From positions 320,001 to 384,000 of the forward strand of contig CAVYTA010000007.1 of NCBI GenBank assembly GCA_963771355.1: a DNA stretch of 64,000 nucleotides, given 5' to 3'. The notes under the pieces are model-generated. The model saw only the letters and a program-made list of their open reading frames with translations. It did no database searches and was not told the DNA's origin. Below are positions 9,732-21,725 of this stretch, piece by piece (the first letter of the stretch is position 1; each line of letters begins with the position of its first letter). The position numbers and the translations under genes are program-made. This DNA comes from an uncultured Candidatus Rokubacteria bacterium. Lineage in GTDB: Bacteria; Methylomirabilota; Methylomirabilia; Rokubacteriales; CSP1-6.

Positions 9732-11336
9732 GTGACCGTCCTCTCGCTGCTCGGCGGCCTCGCGCTGCTCCTCTATGGCATGCAGCTGTCCGGCGAAGGG
9801 CTGCAGCGCGCGGCGGGCGGGCACCTGCGCCACCTGCTCACCAGCATGACGCGGACCCGCCTCTCCGCGGTAGGGGCGGGGGCCCTGGTGACCGCCCTCA
9901 TCCAGTCCTCCTCCGCGACCACGCTGATGCTCATCGGCTTCGTCTCGGCCGGCCTGATGACCTTCCGCCAGTCCCTCGGCATCATCCTCGGCGCCGACAT
10001 CGGCACCACCCTCACCGTGCAGCTGCTCGCCTTCAACATCCGCGACCTCGCCCTCCTGCTGGTCGCGCTGGGCTTCGCCATGTCCTTCTTCGGGCGGCGG
10101 GGCCTCGTCAAGAACATCGGCCACGCCGTGCTCGGCTTCGGCTTCCTCTTCCTCGGCATGCGGCTCATGACGGACGGCATCGCCCCCATGGCCGAGCACC
10201 CGCTGGCCCGTCAGGTCCTGGTGGCCTTCGCGTCGAATCCGCCGGTGGGGGCGCTGGCCGGCGCGCTGCTGAGCGCGGGCATGGCCTCCTCCGCCGCCAC
10301 CATCGGGGTCCTCCTCTCCCTCGCCCATCAGGGATTGCTCCCCCTGGAGGGCGCGCTGCCGGTGGTGCTGGGCGCCAATGTCGGGACGTGCGCGATCGCG
10401 CTGGCGGCGAGCATGCGCTCGACGGCGGATGCCCGCCGGGTGGCGGTGGCCCACATCGCCTTCAAGGTGCTCGGGGTGGCGCTCGTCTTCCCCTTCATCC
10501 AGGCGCTGACCGCGATGGTGGCCCAGACCGCCGCCGATCCGGCCCGGCAGATCGCCAATGCGCACACGCTGTTCAACGTGGCCATCAGCGCGCTCTTCCT
10601 GCCCTTCGCGCCCCTGGCCGCGCGCGCCATCACCGCGCTGGTACCCGAGCAGGAGCGCGGCGACAACCCGTTCAAGACGCGCTACCTCGACGACCGGTAC
10701 CTCGATCAGCCGTCCCTTGCCCTCGGCCAGGCCACCCGCGAGGCCCTCCGCATGGGGGACGTGGCGCAGAGCATGCTGCGCGACGCGCTGGTGGTCCTCC
10801 GTCGTGACGACCCGGAGCTCCTCGAGGAGGTCGAGCGCCGCGACGATCAGCTCGACTACCTCGAGCGCCAGATCAAGATCTTCCTGGCCCGCCTCGGCCG
10901 CGAGACCATGAGCTCGGACATGGCCGCCCGCGAGATCGCGCTCATCTCCTTCATCGGGAATCTAGAAAATATCGGCGACATCGTGGACAAGAACCTGATG
11001 GAGCTGGCGCGGAAGAAGCTCTACCAGGGCCGGCGCTTCTCGGAGGCGGGCGAGCTCGAGCTGACGGAGTTCCACGAGATGGTGTCCAAGAATCTCGAGC
11101 GCGCCATCGCCGCCTTCGCCTCCGCCGACCGCGCGCTGGCCCAGGAGGTGCTCGACCATCGGCCGCTCATCCGGCAGCGGGAGCGCGAGCTGCGCGAGTC
11201 GCATCTCTCCCGGCTGCGGCGCGGGCTCGCGGAGTCGCTGGAGACCTCGGAGATCCACCTCGACGTCCTCACCAACCTCAAGCGCATCTCCTCGCACGCC
11301 ACCGCCCTGGTCTTCCCCATTCTCGAAGAGGAGTGA
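9732..11336 (+). CDS. Na/Pi cotransporter family protein with PhoU-like C-terminal domain
   Basis: QSSSATT, GADIGTT, GANVGT, IANAHTLFN; helical C-terminus. Confidence 0.9.
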   Translation: MTVLSLLGGLALLLYGMQLSGEGLQRAAGGHLRHLLTSMTRTRLSAVGAGALVTALIQSSSATTLMLIGFVSAGLMTFRQSLGIILGADIGTTLTVQLLAFNIRDLALLLVALGFAMSFFGRRGLVKNIGHAVLGFGFLFLGMRLMTDGIAPMAEHPLARQVLVAFASNPPVGALAGALLSAGMASSAATIGVLLSLAHQGLLPLEGALPVVLGANVGTCAIALAASMRSTADARRVAVAHIAFKVLGVALVFPFIQALTAMVAQTAADPARQIANAHTLFNVAISALFLPFAPLAARAITALVPEQERGDNPFKTRYLDDRYLDQPSLALGQATREALRMGDVAQSMLRDALVVLRRDDPELLEEVERRDDQLDYLERQIKIFLARLGRETMSSDMAAREIALISFIGNLENIGDIVDKNLMELARKKLYQGRRFSEAGELELTEFHEMVSKNLERAIAAFASADRALAQEVLDHRPLIRQRERELRESHLSRLRRGLAESLETSEIHLDVLTNLKRISSHATALVFPILEEE

Positions 11337-11340
11337 GGCG

Positions 11341-13172
<1,832 letters not shown>

Positions 13173-13193
13173 CGGGTTTGACCATTACCATCA

Positions 13194-13216
13194 TCAACAT
13201 GCCTTTGGCATGTTGA
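13194..13216. promoter_or_regulatory. Perfect 10-bp inverted repeat TCAACATGCC-TTT-GGCATGTTGA between glnB and glnE (operator or RNA hairpin)
   Basis: Palindrome read directly in an AT-richer intergenic stretch; function inferred. Confidence 0.45.
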
Positions 13217-13279
13217 CCGTGGCCCGATCGGATAGGGCGACCCGCGGCGTGCGCGTTACCGACGGCTGGCGACCGGCTG

Positions 13280-16200
13280 ATGGTTGATCTCCTTCGCGCG
13301 GCGCCGCGTGATCGGAAGGCCCTCGCCGAGCTCCGGCGGCGGGGCTTCACGGAGCCGGGGACGGCGCTGGCGAACCTGCACGGGCTGGCGCCCTCCCCCG
13401 CCGAGGGCGCGCTGCTGGAGCCACTGCTGCCGCGCCTGCTGGCGGAGCTGGCGGCGGCGCCGGACCCGGACATGGCGCTGAACAACCTCGAGCGCCTCGC
13501 CGCCCAGGGCGACCGCGCCGCGCTCCTCCGCACCCTGGGCGGCCACCCGGGCGCCATCCATCTCCTCGCGCGTCTCGGCGGGACCAGCCAGTTCCTCGCC
13601 GACACCCTGCGGCGCTATCCGCAGCTCCTCGCCTGGCTGCTCGAGCCGAGCATCATGCGGCAGTGGCTCGCCGATGATTTCGAGGCCGAGCTCACCGCCA
13701 GCCTCGCCCCGTTCACGCGCCGCGAGGCGCGCTGGAACGCGCTCCGCCGCTTCAAGTACCGGCAGCTCCTGCGCATCGGCAGCCGCGACATCCTGGGCGA
13801 CGCCGATCTCACCGTCACCACCGAGGAGCTCTCGCGCCTCGCCGACGTCTGCCTGGCCGCCGCCTGCCGCTGGGCCGAGGAGGCCCTCGAGCCGCGCTAC
13901 GGCGTCCCCCTCGCGCCCGACGGCACGCGCACGGGGTTCGCCGTGATCGGCATGGGCAAGCTGGGGGGCGACGAGCTCAACTATTCCTCCGACATCGACC
14001 TCATCTTCGTCTACGGCGACGACGGCGAGACCAGCGGCGGGAGCGAGGGGCCGGTGCCCAACGGCCACTACTTCGCGGAAGCGGCCAAGGCGGTGGTGGC
14101 GGCGGTGGAGTCGATGACCGACGAGGGCTATGCCTTCCGCGTGGACCTGCGGCTCCGCCCCGAGGGCCGCTCGGGCGCCCTCATCCTGTCGCTGGAGGGC
14201 TATCGCGCCTACTTCGCCGATCGCGCCGAGCTGTGGGAGCGTCAGGCCCTCATCAAGGCGCGCCTCGCCGCGGGGGATGGCGCGGTGGCGGCTCGCTTCT
14301 TCCAGCTGGTCCGGCCCTTCGTGTTCCGGCCCGGCCTCGACGAGGCCATCGTCGCCGACGTCCGCCGCATGAAGCAGGAGATCGACCGGGCGCAGCGGGC
14401 CAAGGGCGCCGAGCGGCGCAACGTGAAGCTCGGACGCGGCGGGATCCGCGAGGTGGAGTTCCTGGCCCAGGCGCTGCAGCTGCTCTACGCGGGCGACGAC
14501 CCGTGGCTGCGCGGCGGGAACACGCTGCGCACCCTGTTCCGTCTCACCGAGCGCGGCTATCTGTCCCCGGGGCAGGGCCGTATGCTGGGGGACGCCCTGG
14601 TCTTCCTCCGAAATGTGGAGCATCGGCTGCAGATTCTCCACGAGTTCCAGACCCACACGTTGCCCGAGGACCCGCGCGCGCTGGGCCTGCTCGCCCGCCG
14701 CATGGGGGTCGCGCTCCCGCCGGACGCCGCCCGGCGGCGCTTCCTCGCCGAGTACCGGCGGGTCACCAACGGCGTCCACGCGGCCTTCCGCGAGTTCTTC
14801 GAGGCGCGCGCGATCCCGCGCGGAGTGACGCCGCCCCGCATTCCCACCTTCACCGCGCTCAAGGCCACCGGCTTCGCCGATCCCGACCGCGCGCGGCAGA
14901 ACCTTCGCCTGGTGCTGGAGGGCCGGCCGCTCCTGCCGTACCCCGCGCGGGCGGGCGCGGCGCTGGCCCGGATGCTGCCGGTGCTGCTCGACGCGCTCTG
15001 GCAGAGCCCGGATCCGGACGAGGCCCTCAACCAGTTCGAGCGCTTCGTGTCCGCGGCGGGCCCGCGCACCGCCTGGCTCGAGCTCCTCGCCGACCATCCC
15101 GCGCTGCTCACCAACCTGGTCCGGCTCTGCGCGCGGGGCGAGCTTGTCACCCAGATGCTCCTCACCCAGCCGGAGCTGCTGGGCGGCCTCGCGGACCCCG
15201 CCACCTTCGCCGCGCAGAAGACGGGGCGGGAGTTCCGGGCCGCGCTGGCCCCCGTGCTCGCTCCCGCGACGCTCCCCGAACGAAAAGACCTCCTGCGCCG
15301 GCTCAAGGGGGCGGAGGAGCTGCGCGCGACCTGGCGCATGCTGCTCGGCGTGACGGACGCCGAGCGCTTCTCGACCGAGCTCACCGCGCTGGCCCAGGCC
15401 GCGCTGGCCACCGCGTGGCTGATGGCGGTAACGGACGAGGCACGGCGGCACGGCGTGCCGCGCGACGCGGCCGGCCGCTTCATCGACGCGGTGATCGTGG
15501 GGGTGGGGAAGCTCGGCGGCCGCGAGCTCACCACCGGATCCGACCTCGACCTCTTCGTGATCTTCGACCGGGACGGCATGACCGACGGCGCCCTGCCCAT
15601 CGAGGCCGCCGTCTTCTATCATCAGGCGGTGGAGATGCTCCAATCGCTCCTGGGCGACATCACCGCGGCGGGCATCGTCTTCCCGGTGGACCTGCGGCTC
15701 CGACCCGGCTCCAAGGGCAGCACCTTCGCGGCCAGCGTCGACTCCATGGCGCAGTATTATCGCGAGTGGGCCGACCCCTGGGAGCGACAGACGCTCACGC
15801 GGGCCCGGCTGGTCGCGGGGGACCCCGGCGTGGGCCGCCGGGTGCGCCGCCTCGTGAGCGAGCTGCTCTACGGGCCGACGGCGGCGGCGCCTGATCTCAA
15901 GGAGATGCGCATGTTGCGCGAGCGGATGGAGAAGGAGCTGGGCAAGGAGACCCCCGGGCTCTATCACGTGAAGTTCGGCCGGGGAGGCCTGGTGGACGTG
16001 GAGTTCATCACCCAGGCGATCCAGCTGGTCCATGGCCGGCGCCACCCCGGGATCCGGCGGCCGAACACGCTGCAGGCCATCCGGGCCATCGGCGCCGCCG
16101 GGCTCCTGCCCGCCGAGGACGTCGCCGCCCTGGCCGAGCAGTATCGCTTCCTCCGCCGCGTGTCGGCGAGCCTGCGCCTGTTCGGCGTGCGGCCGTCGGA

Positions 16201-16339
16201 CACGCTCGAGCTGGCGGGTCCGTTCCCCGCGCGCGTGGCGAAGAGCCTCGACTATCCGTCGCGGAAGGACTTCCTCGAGGACTACCGGAAGCGCACCGCG
16301 TGGGTGCGCGCGCTGTGGAGCCGCGTGGTGCCGGCATGA
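13280..16339 (+). CDS. glnE: Bifunctional glutamine synthetase adenylyltransferase/adenylyl-removing enzyme
   Basis: Two nucleotidyltransferase domains (MGKLGGDELNYSSDIDL; VGKLGGRELTTGSDLDL); two VDLRLRP motifs. Confidence 0.93.
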   Translation: MVDLLRAAPRDRKALAELRRRGFTEPGTALANLHGLAPSPAEGALLEPLLPRLLAELAAAPDPDMALNNLERLAAQGDRAALLRTLGGHPGAIHLLARLGGTSQFLADTLRRYPQLLAWLLEPSIMRQWLADDFEAELTASLAPFTRREARWNALRRFKYRQLLRIGSRDILGDADLTVTTEELSRLADVCLAAACRWAEEALEPRYGVPLAPDGTRTGFAVIGMGKLGGDELNYSSDIDLIFVYGDDGETSGGSEGPVPNGHYFAEAAKAVVAAVESMTDEGYAFRVDLRLRPEGRSGALILSLEGYRAYFADRAELWERQALIKARLAAGDGAVAARFFQLVRPFVFRPGLDEAIVADVRRMKQEIDRAQRAKGAERRNVKLGRGGIREVEFLAQALQLLYAGDDPWLRGGNTLRTLFRLTERGYLSPGQGRMLGDALVFLRNVEHRLQILHEFQTHTLPEDPRALGLLARRMGVALPPDAARRRFLAEYRRVTNGVHAAFREFFEARAIPRGVTPPRIPTFTALKATGFADPDRARQNLRLVLEGRPLLPYPARAGAALARMLPVLLDALWQSPDPDEALNQFERFVSAAGPRTAWLELLADHPALLTNLVRLCARGELVTQMLLTQPELLGGLADPATFAAQKTGREFRAALAPVLAPATLPERKDLLRRLKGAEELRATWRMLLGVTDAERFSTELTALAQAALATAWLMAVTDEARRHGVPRDAAGRFIDAVIVGVGKLGGRELTTGSDLDLFVIFDRDGMTDGALPIEAAVFYHQAVEMLQSLLGDITAAGIVFPVDLRLRPGSKGSTFAASVDSMAQYYREWADPWERQTLTRARLVAGDPGVGRRVRRLVSELLYGPTAAAPDLKEMRMLRERMEKELGKETPGLYHVKFGRGGLVDVEFITQAIQLVHGRRHPGIRRPNTLQAIRAIGAAGLLPAEDVAALAEQYRFLRRVSASLRLFGVRPSDTLELAGPFPARVAKSLDYPSRKDFLEDYRKRTAWVRALWSRVVPA

Positions 16340-19300
16340 GCCCGCGCCTCTTCATCCTCGACGGGCCCGGGTTCCTCTTCCGCGCCTATCACGCGCTGCC
16401 GTATCTCTCCACGTCGCGTGGCATGCCGGTGAACGCGATACTGGGCATGTCCACCATGCTGTGGAAGCTGCTCCGGGAAGAGCAGCCGGACTACTTCGCG
16501 GTGGCGTGGGACCCGCCCGGCCCGACCTTTCGAGATGAGAAATTCGCCGCCTACAAGGAGACGCGCGCGGCCACGCCGGACGACCTGCGGCGCCAGATCC
16601 CCGTGGTCATGCAGCTGTTCGAGGCCCTTCGGCTGCCCCTGCTCGAGGTGCCGGGCTTCGAGGCCGACGACGTGCTGGGCACCGTGGTGGACCGGGCCCG
16701 CGCGCAGGATCTCGACGTGGTGCTCGTCACCAGCGACAAGGACATGCTCCAGCTCGTCGGGCCGCGGGTGCGCGTGCTCGCGCCGGGCGCGCGCGCGGGC
16801 GAGCAGGTCCTCTACGACGCGGACAAGGTCCGCGAGAAGTGGGGCGTGGGGCCCGAGCAGATTCCTGATCTCCTCGCGCTGATGGGCGACTCCATCGACA
16901 ATATCCCCGGCGTGCCCGGCGTGGGCCAGAAGACCGCGGTCAAGCTCATCGGCCAGTTCGGCTCGGTGGACGGGCTCTACGACCACCTCACCCTCGTGCC
17001 CGGCAAGCTGCGCGAGACGCTGGCCGCCAATCGCAAGCAGGCGCTGCTCTCGCGCGAGCTGGCCACCGTGAGCACCCGCGTGCCTCTGCCCGAGGATCTC
17101 GAGGGCCTGCGGCGCCAGGAGCCGGACTGGGAGCGCCTGCGCGCGCTGTGGACCGAGCTCGAGCTGCGCACCTTGCTCCGCCAGCTCCCGGAGCAGCCCG
17201 GCGCGCCGGTGGAGATGGCGGACGAGCTGCCCGTCGACAGCCCCGAGGCCCTGGCCGCCTTTCTGGCCAAGGTTCCCGCGGGCGAGCCGCTCGCGGTGGA
17301 CTGGATGGGGGAGGGAGGGCCGCCGAGTCCCGAGGTCACGCGCGTGGGCCTGCATCACCCGGCCGCCGGCGACGTGCTCGTGGCCGCGGAGACCCTCGGG
17401 CCGCTGGCCGGCCGCACCCTCATCGGGCACGACCTGAAGCCCCTGCTGGAGTGGTGGCTCGCGCGCGGGGAGCCGGCCCCTCCGGTGGAGGACACCGCGG
17501 TGGCCGCGTACCTCCTCAACTCGGCGCGCAGCAACTACAAGCTCGAGGAAGTGTGCGCCGAGCACCTGGGCGAGGGGCCGGGGCTCGCGCGCCCGGGCGG
17601 CCGGGCGCGCTGGGTGTGGCAGCTCTGGGAGCAGGAGGCGCGCGAGCTGCGGGAGGCCACCCTCCGCGCGCTCTACGACGAGATCGAGCGCCCCCTCATC
17701 CCCGTCCTCGCCTCCATGGAGCGCCACGGCGTCACCGTGGATCCCGCCCGCCTCGCCGAGTTCTCGAAGGAGCTGGATCGCAGCCTCGGCAACCTGACGG
17801 GGGAGATCTACACGCTCGCCGGCGAGCAGTTCAACCTGGGCTCGCCCAAGCAGCTCGCCACCATCCTCTTCGAGAAGCTGCGGCTGCCGCCGGTGCGGAA
17901 GACCAAGACCGGCTACTCCACCGACGCCGACGTGCTCGAGCAGCTCGCGCTGAGCCACGCGCTGCCCGCCAAGATCATCGAGCACCGCACGCTGGCCAAG
18001 CTCAAGTCGACCTACGCGGACGCGCTGCCCCTCATGATCAACGCCGAGACCGGGCGCATCCACACGTCGCTGAACCAGCTCGTGGCGGCGACGGGGCGGC
18101 TCTCCTGCCTGCCCGCGGGCACGCTGGTCAATACCCGGAGAGGGCTGGTCGGAATCGAGACGGTGCGACCCGGTGAGCACATCCATACCTCACGCGGCAT
18201 GCAGATCGTCCAGGCCTCGGAGTGCACGGGAGTGAAGCCGGTCGTCGCCCTCCACCTGTCCAACGGGACGATCTTTCGATGCAGTCCGGAACACCGGCTC
18301 CGGAGCAAGGGGGTCTGGAAGACCGCCGAAGAGATCGGGGCCGGAGACCCGCTCTACATGACGTTTCGCGAAGGCATGTTCGGGGATCGCCTCCGGCTCG
18401 ACGTGGCGCGGACCGCCGACTATGAAACGCGGAAGTCTCCTCGAATTCCGGCGGAATGGTCGGTGGAGCTCGCCGAGCTGGTCGGCTATGCGATGGCGGA
18501 CGGCCACATCGCCCGGAGCAACTACAACGGTAAGCCGGCCAAGCTCGTTCTCGCGTTCGGGTGGGATGAAGACGCGCTCGAGCAGCGGATGGCCCAGCAC
18601 ATCGTCAAGCTCTTCGGCAAGGAGCCTACCTTCAGGGTCACTCGCACCTGCCCGGTTCTGGAAGTGTCCGGCGTGGACATCGGGGGCTTCATCGAGCAGA
18701 TAGGCGCGGGCGGGTTGTCGGGTGCGCTGAGAGTGCCGCCGTCCTTGTTCCAGGCTCCGAAAGGGCGTGGTGGCGCGCATTTCTTCGAGGATACTTCGAG
18801 GGGGATGGCTCCGCTGATCCACTGAGTGTTCGATCCGTCTCGAGGGGGATGCTGGAGGATGTCCACTACCTCCTGACGCTGTTCGGCATTCCGAGCCGCA
18901 TTCGAGAGGGAGAGCTCGATCCTCGAGGCTACGCGCCGCGCCACACGCTCAGGATTCTGGGAGATCGCTCCAAGCGGACATTCCTCGGGAGTATCGGGTT
19001 CCTGAGCTCGAGGAAGATCGAGCGACTCGCGGAGTTCGCGAATCGACCGAAGGCGAAGAGCAAGAGTGAGCTGCTCACGCTCAGAGATCCGGCCGACGTT
19101 CTGGACCTCATGCCGACCATCTTCGAAGCCGCACGCTCATCCGATGGAGGAGTGTCGCCGTCACTCTATCAGTTTGCCCACACGTTCGCGGCGGGGCGCA
19201 CGACGATCACGCTGGGCCGGGCCGAGCAGATCCGGCGAGCAATCCGGCTACGAGTATCGACTCCACCGGCCTATCTCGCCGAGATCGTCGGCAGTCAGTA

Positions 19301-20180
19301 CTTCGAGGTTCACGTCGAGCGTGTCGAGTTCGAGGCGTCGGTACCGATGTACGACATCGCAGTGTCCGGTGAACAATACATGGCGCAGGGCATCGTCGTG
19401 CACAATTCCGCCCTGCCCAATTTACAAAACATACCCGTGCGCACCGAGCTGGGCCGGCGCATCCGCGCCGCGTTCGTGCCCGCGCCGGGCTGGCGCTTCG
19501 TGGCCGCGGACTACTCGCAGATCGAGCTGCGCCTGCTCGCCCACGTCTCCGGCGAGGAGAGCCTGGTGGAGGCCTTCCGGAACGGCGAGGACATTCATCG
19601 GCGCACGGCCGCGGAGGTGTTCGGCGTACCGCTCGCGGAGGTGACGTCCACCCAGCGCGACGCCGCCAAGACCACCAACTTCTCCGTGATCTACGGGGTC
19701 ACCGCCTTCGGGCTCGCCCGCGGGCTCGGCATCTCCTCCCGCGAGGCGCAGGACTTCCTCGACCGCTTCTTCGCGCGGCACCCCAAGGTGCGGGCGTACC
19801 TCGACGCCACCGTCAAGGAAGGGCGCAGCAAGGGCTTCGTGCAGACGCTCTTCGGCCGGCGGCGGTACCTGCCCGAGCTGCGGAGCGGCAACCCCAACCT
19901 GCGCGGCTTCGCGGAGCGGATGGCCACGAACGCTCCCATCCAGGGCACCGCCGCCGACCTCATCAAGATCGCCATGATCCGGATGGCGCGGGCGCTGGAG
20001 GCGGGGCGCTTCGCGACCCGCATGCTGCTCCAGGTGCACGACGAGCTGCTCTTCGAGGCGCCGCCGGACGAGGAGAAGCGCCTCGAGGCGCTCGCCGCCG
20101 AGGTGATGGAGGGCGCGATGACGCTGGACGTCCCCCTCAAGGTGGACGTCAAGGTCGGGGCCGACTGGGCCGAGGTGTGA
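16336..20180 (+). CDS. polA: DNA polymerase I, interrupted by an intein; frame break near 18760-18777
   Basis: 5'-3' exonuclease (ILDG, FEADD, LMGDSIDNIPGV); TGRLS|S..PNLQNIP; ADYSQIELR; AKTTNFSVIYG; QGTAAD; QVHDE. Confidence 0.95.
18106..19406 (+). mobile_element. Intein with LAGLIDADG homing endonuclease in polA (about 433 aa)
   Basis: Starts CLPAGTLV; block B CSPEHRL; LAGLIDADG helices LVGYAMADG and FLRGYFEGDG; ends MYDIAV...IVVHN followed by Ser+1; atypical codon usage. Confidence 0.95.
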
Positions 20181-20824
20181 GCGCGCCGCGGACCTTTCTC
20201 CTCGCCGGGCTCACCGGCGGCATCGCCACCGGCAAGAGCACGGTGAGCGCCCTCTTCACGCATCTGGGGGCCCGGGTCACCGACGCCGACCAGCTCGCCC
20301 GCGAGGTGGTGGCGCCGGGCCAGCCCGCCCACGCCGCCATCGTGAAGGAGTTCGGCCGCGAGGTGCTGCAGCCCGACGGCTACCTCGACCGCAAGCGGCT
20401 CGGCGCGCTGGTGTTCTCCGACGCCGAGAAGCGCAAGCGGCTGGAGGCCATCACCCATCCCGCCATCCGGACGCGCTGGGATCGCATCCTCTCCGTCTAC
20501 GACGAGGAGGAGTTCGCGGGCATCGTCTTCTGGGATGCGGCGCTGCTCTACGAGACGGGGGGCGCCCGGTTGATGGACACCATGGTGGTGGTCACCGCCG
20601 AGCCCGACGTGCAGATGGCCCGGCTCATCGCCCGCGACGGGTGCACCGAGGCGGACGCGCGGGCGCGCATCGCGAGCCAGATGCCGGTGGCGGACAAGGC
20701 ACAGCGGGCCGACTACGTGATCGACAACTCCGGCCCGCGTGCCGAGACGGAGCGCCAGGTGCGGGAGGTGTATCGCGCGCTCCTCGCCGACCTCGCCGCC
20801 CGCCGCGCCGGCGCTCCTCGATGA
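20177..20824 (+). CDS. coaE: Dephospho-CoA kinase
   Basis: GLTGGIATGKS, DADQLAR, LEAITHPAI, ADYVIDN; follows polA. Confidence 0.95.
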   Translation: MSAPRTFLLAGLTGGIATGKSTVSALFTHLGARVTDADQLAREVVAPGQPAHAAIVKEFGREVLQPDGYLDRKRLGALVFSDAEKRKRLEAITHPAIRTRWDRILSVYDEEEFAGIVFWDAALLYETGGARLMDTMVVVTAEPDVQMARLIARDGCTEADARARIASQMPVADKAQRADYVIDNSGPRAETERQVREVYRALLADLAARRAGAPR

Positions 20825-20837
20825 GCGCCGCGCGCGC

Positions 20838-21725
20838 ATGAGCCCGCGCCGGAACGCGCGCGCGGGCACCCGGCCGGCCATTCGCCACGGGCGGGCGGGG
20901 TCCACCTCCGGCAAGCGGCGTGCCCTGGGGCAGCATTTTCTCCGCGACGAGGCGGCGGCGGCCCGCATCGTGGCGCTGGTATCGCCCACCGCGCGCGACC
21001 TCGTCGTCGAGATCGGGCCCGGCGAGGGCGCGCTCACCGCGCATCTCGCGCGTGCGGCGGGCCGGCTGGTGGCGGTGGAGGTGGACGCGGAGCTGGCCGC
21101 GCGGCTCACCGCGCGCTTCGCCGGCTCGGGGGCGGAGATCCTCCGCGCCGACGCGCTGGAGTTCGACTGGGCGGCGCTGCCCGCCCGGCGTCCCGATCCG
21201 GGCGGGCGCATCCTCATCGTGGGCAATCTCCCCTACAGCGTGGGCAAGCCCATCCTGATGGCGCTGGCCGGGGCCGCCCCCGCGCTCGCCGCCGCCGCGC
21301 CCACCGAGCTCGCCCTCATGCTCCAGAAGGAGGTCGCGGAGCGGGTGGCGGCGGAGCCGGGCGGGCGGACCTATGGGAGTCTCTCGGTGTTGAGCCAGCT
21401 CGTCTTCGAGGTGCGCCTTGCCTTCACCGTGCCGCCGGGCGCCTTCCGCCCGCCGCCCCTGGTGGACTCCGCGGTGCTACATCTCCGCGCGCTGACGGAG
21501 CCGCCGGTTCCCGTCGCCGATCCGCGCCGGCTGCGCGCGGTGGTGCGCGCGGCCTTCGCCCAGCGCCGAAAAAGCCTCGCCAACGCGCTCGCGGGCGGCC
21601 TCGGTCTTCCCGCCGAGCGGGGCCGGGCCGTCCTCGCCGACCTCCGCATCGATCCCACCCGCCGCGCGGAAACCCTGTCGCTCGCAGAGTTCGCGCGCCT
21701 GGCCGCCGCCCTGGAGACCGCATGA
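20838..21725 (+). CDS. rsmA: 16S rRNA m6,2A dimethyltransferase
   Basis: LGQHFL, EIGPGEG, GNLPY, MLQKEVAER, FAQRRKSL. Confidence 0.95.
   Translation: MSPRRNARAGTRPAIRHGRAGSTSGKRRALGQHFLRDEAAAARIVALVSPTARDLVVEIGPGEGALTAHLARAAGRLVAVEVDAELAARLTARFAGSGAEILRADALEFDWAALPARRPDPGGRILIVGNLPYSVGKPILMALAGAAPALAAAAPTELALMLQKEVAERVAAEPGGRTYGSLSVLSQLVFEVRLAFTVPPGAFRPPPLVDSAVLHLRALTEPPVPVADPRRLRAVVRAAFAQRRKSLANALAGGLGLPAERGRAVLADLRIDPTRRAETLSLAEFARLAAALETA

Noticed and set aside
18757..18770. Programmed -1 frameshift at CCG AAA GGG in the intein
   Set aside because: AAAGGGC is not in the X XXY YYZ register of the translated frame; an indel error is simpler
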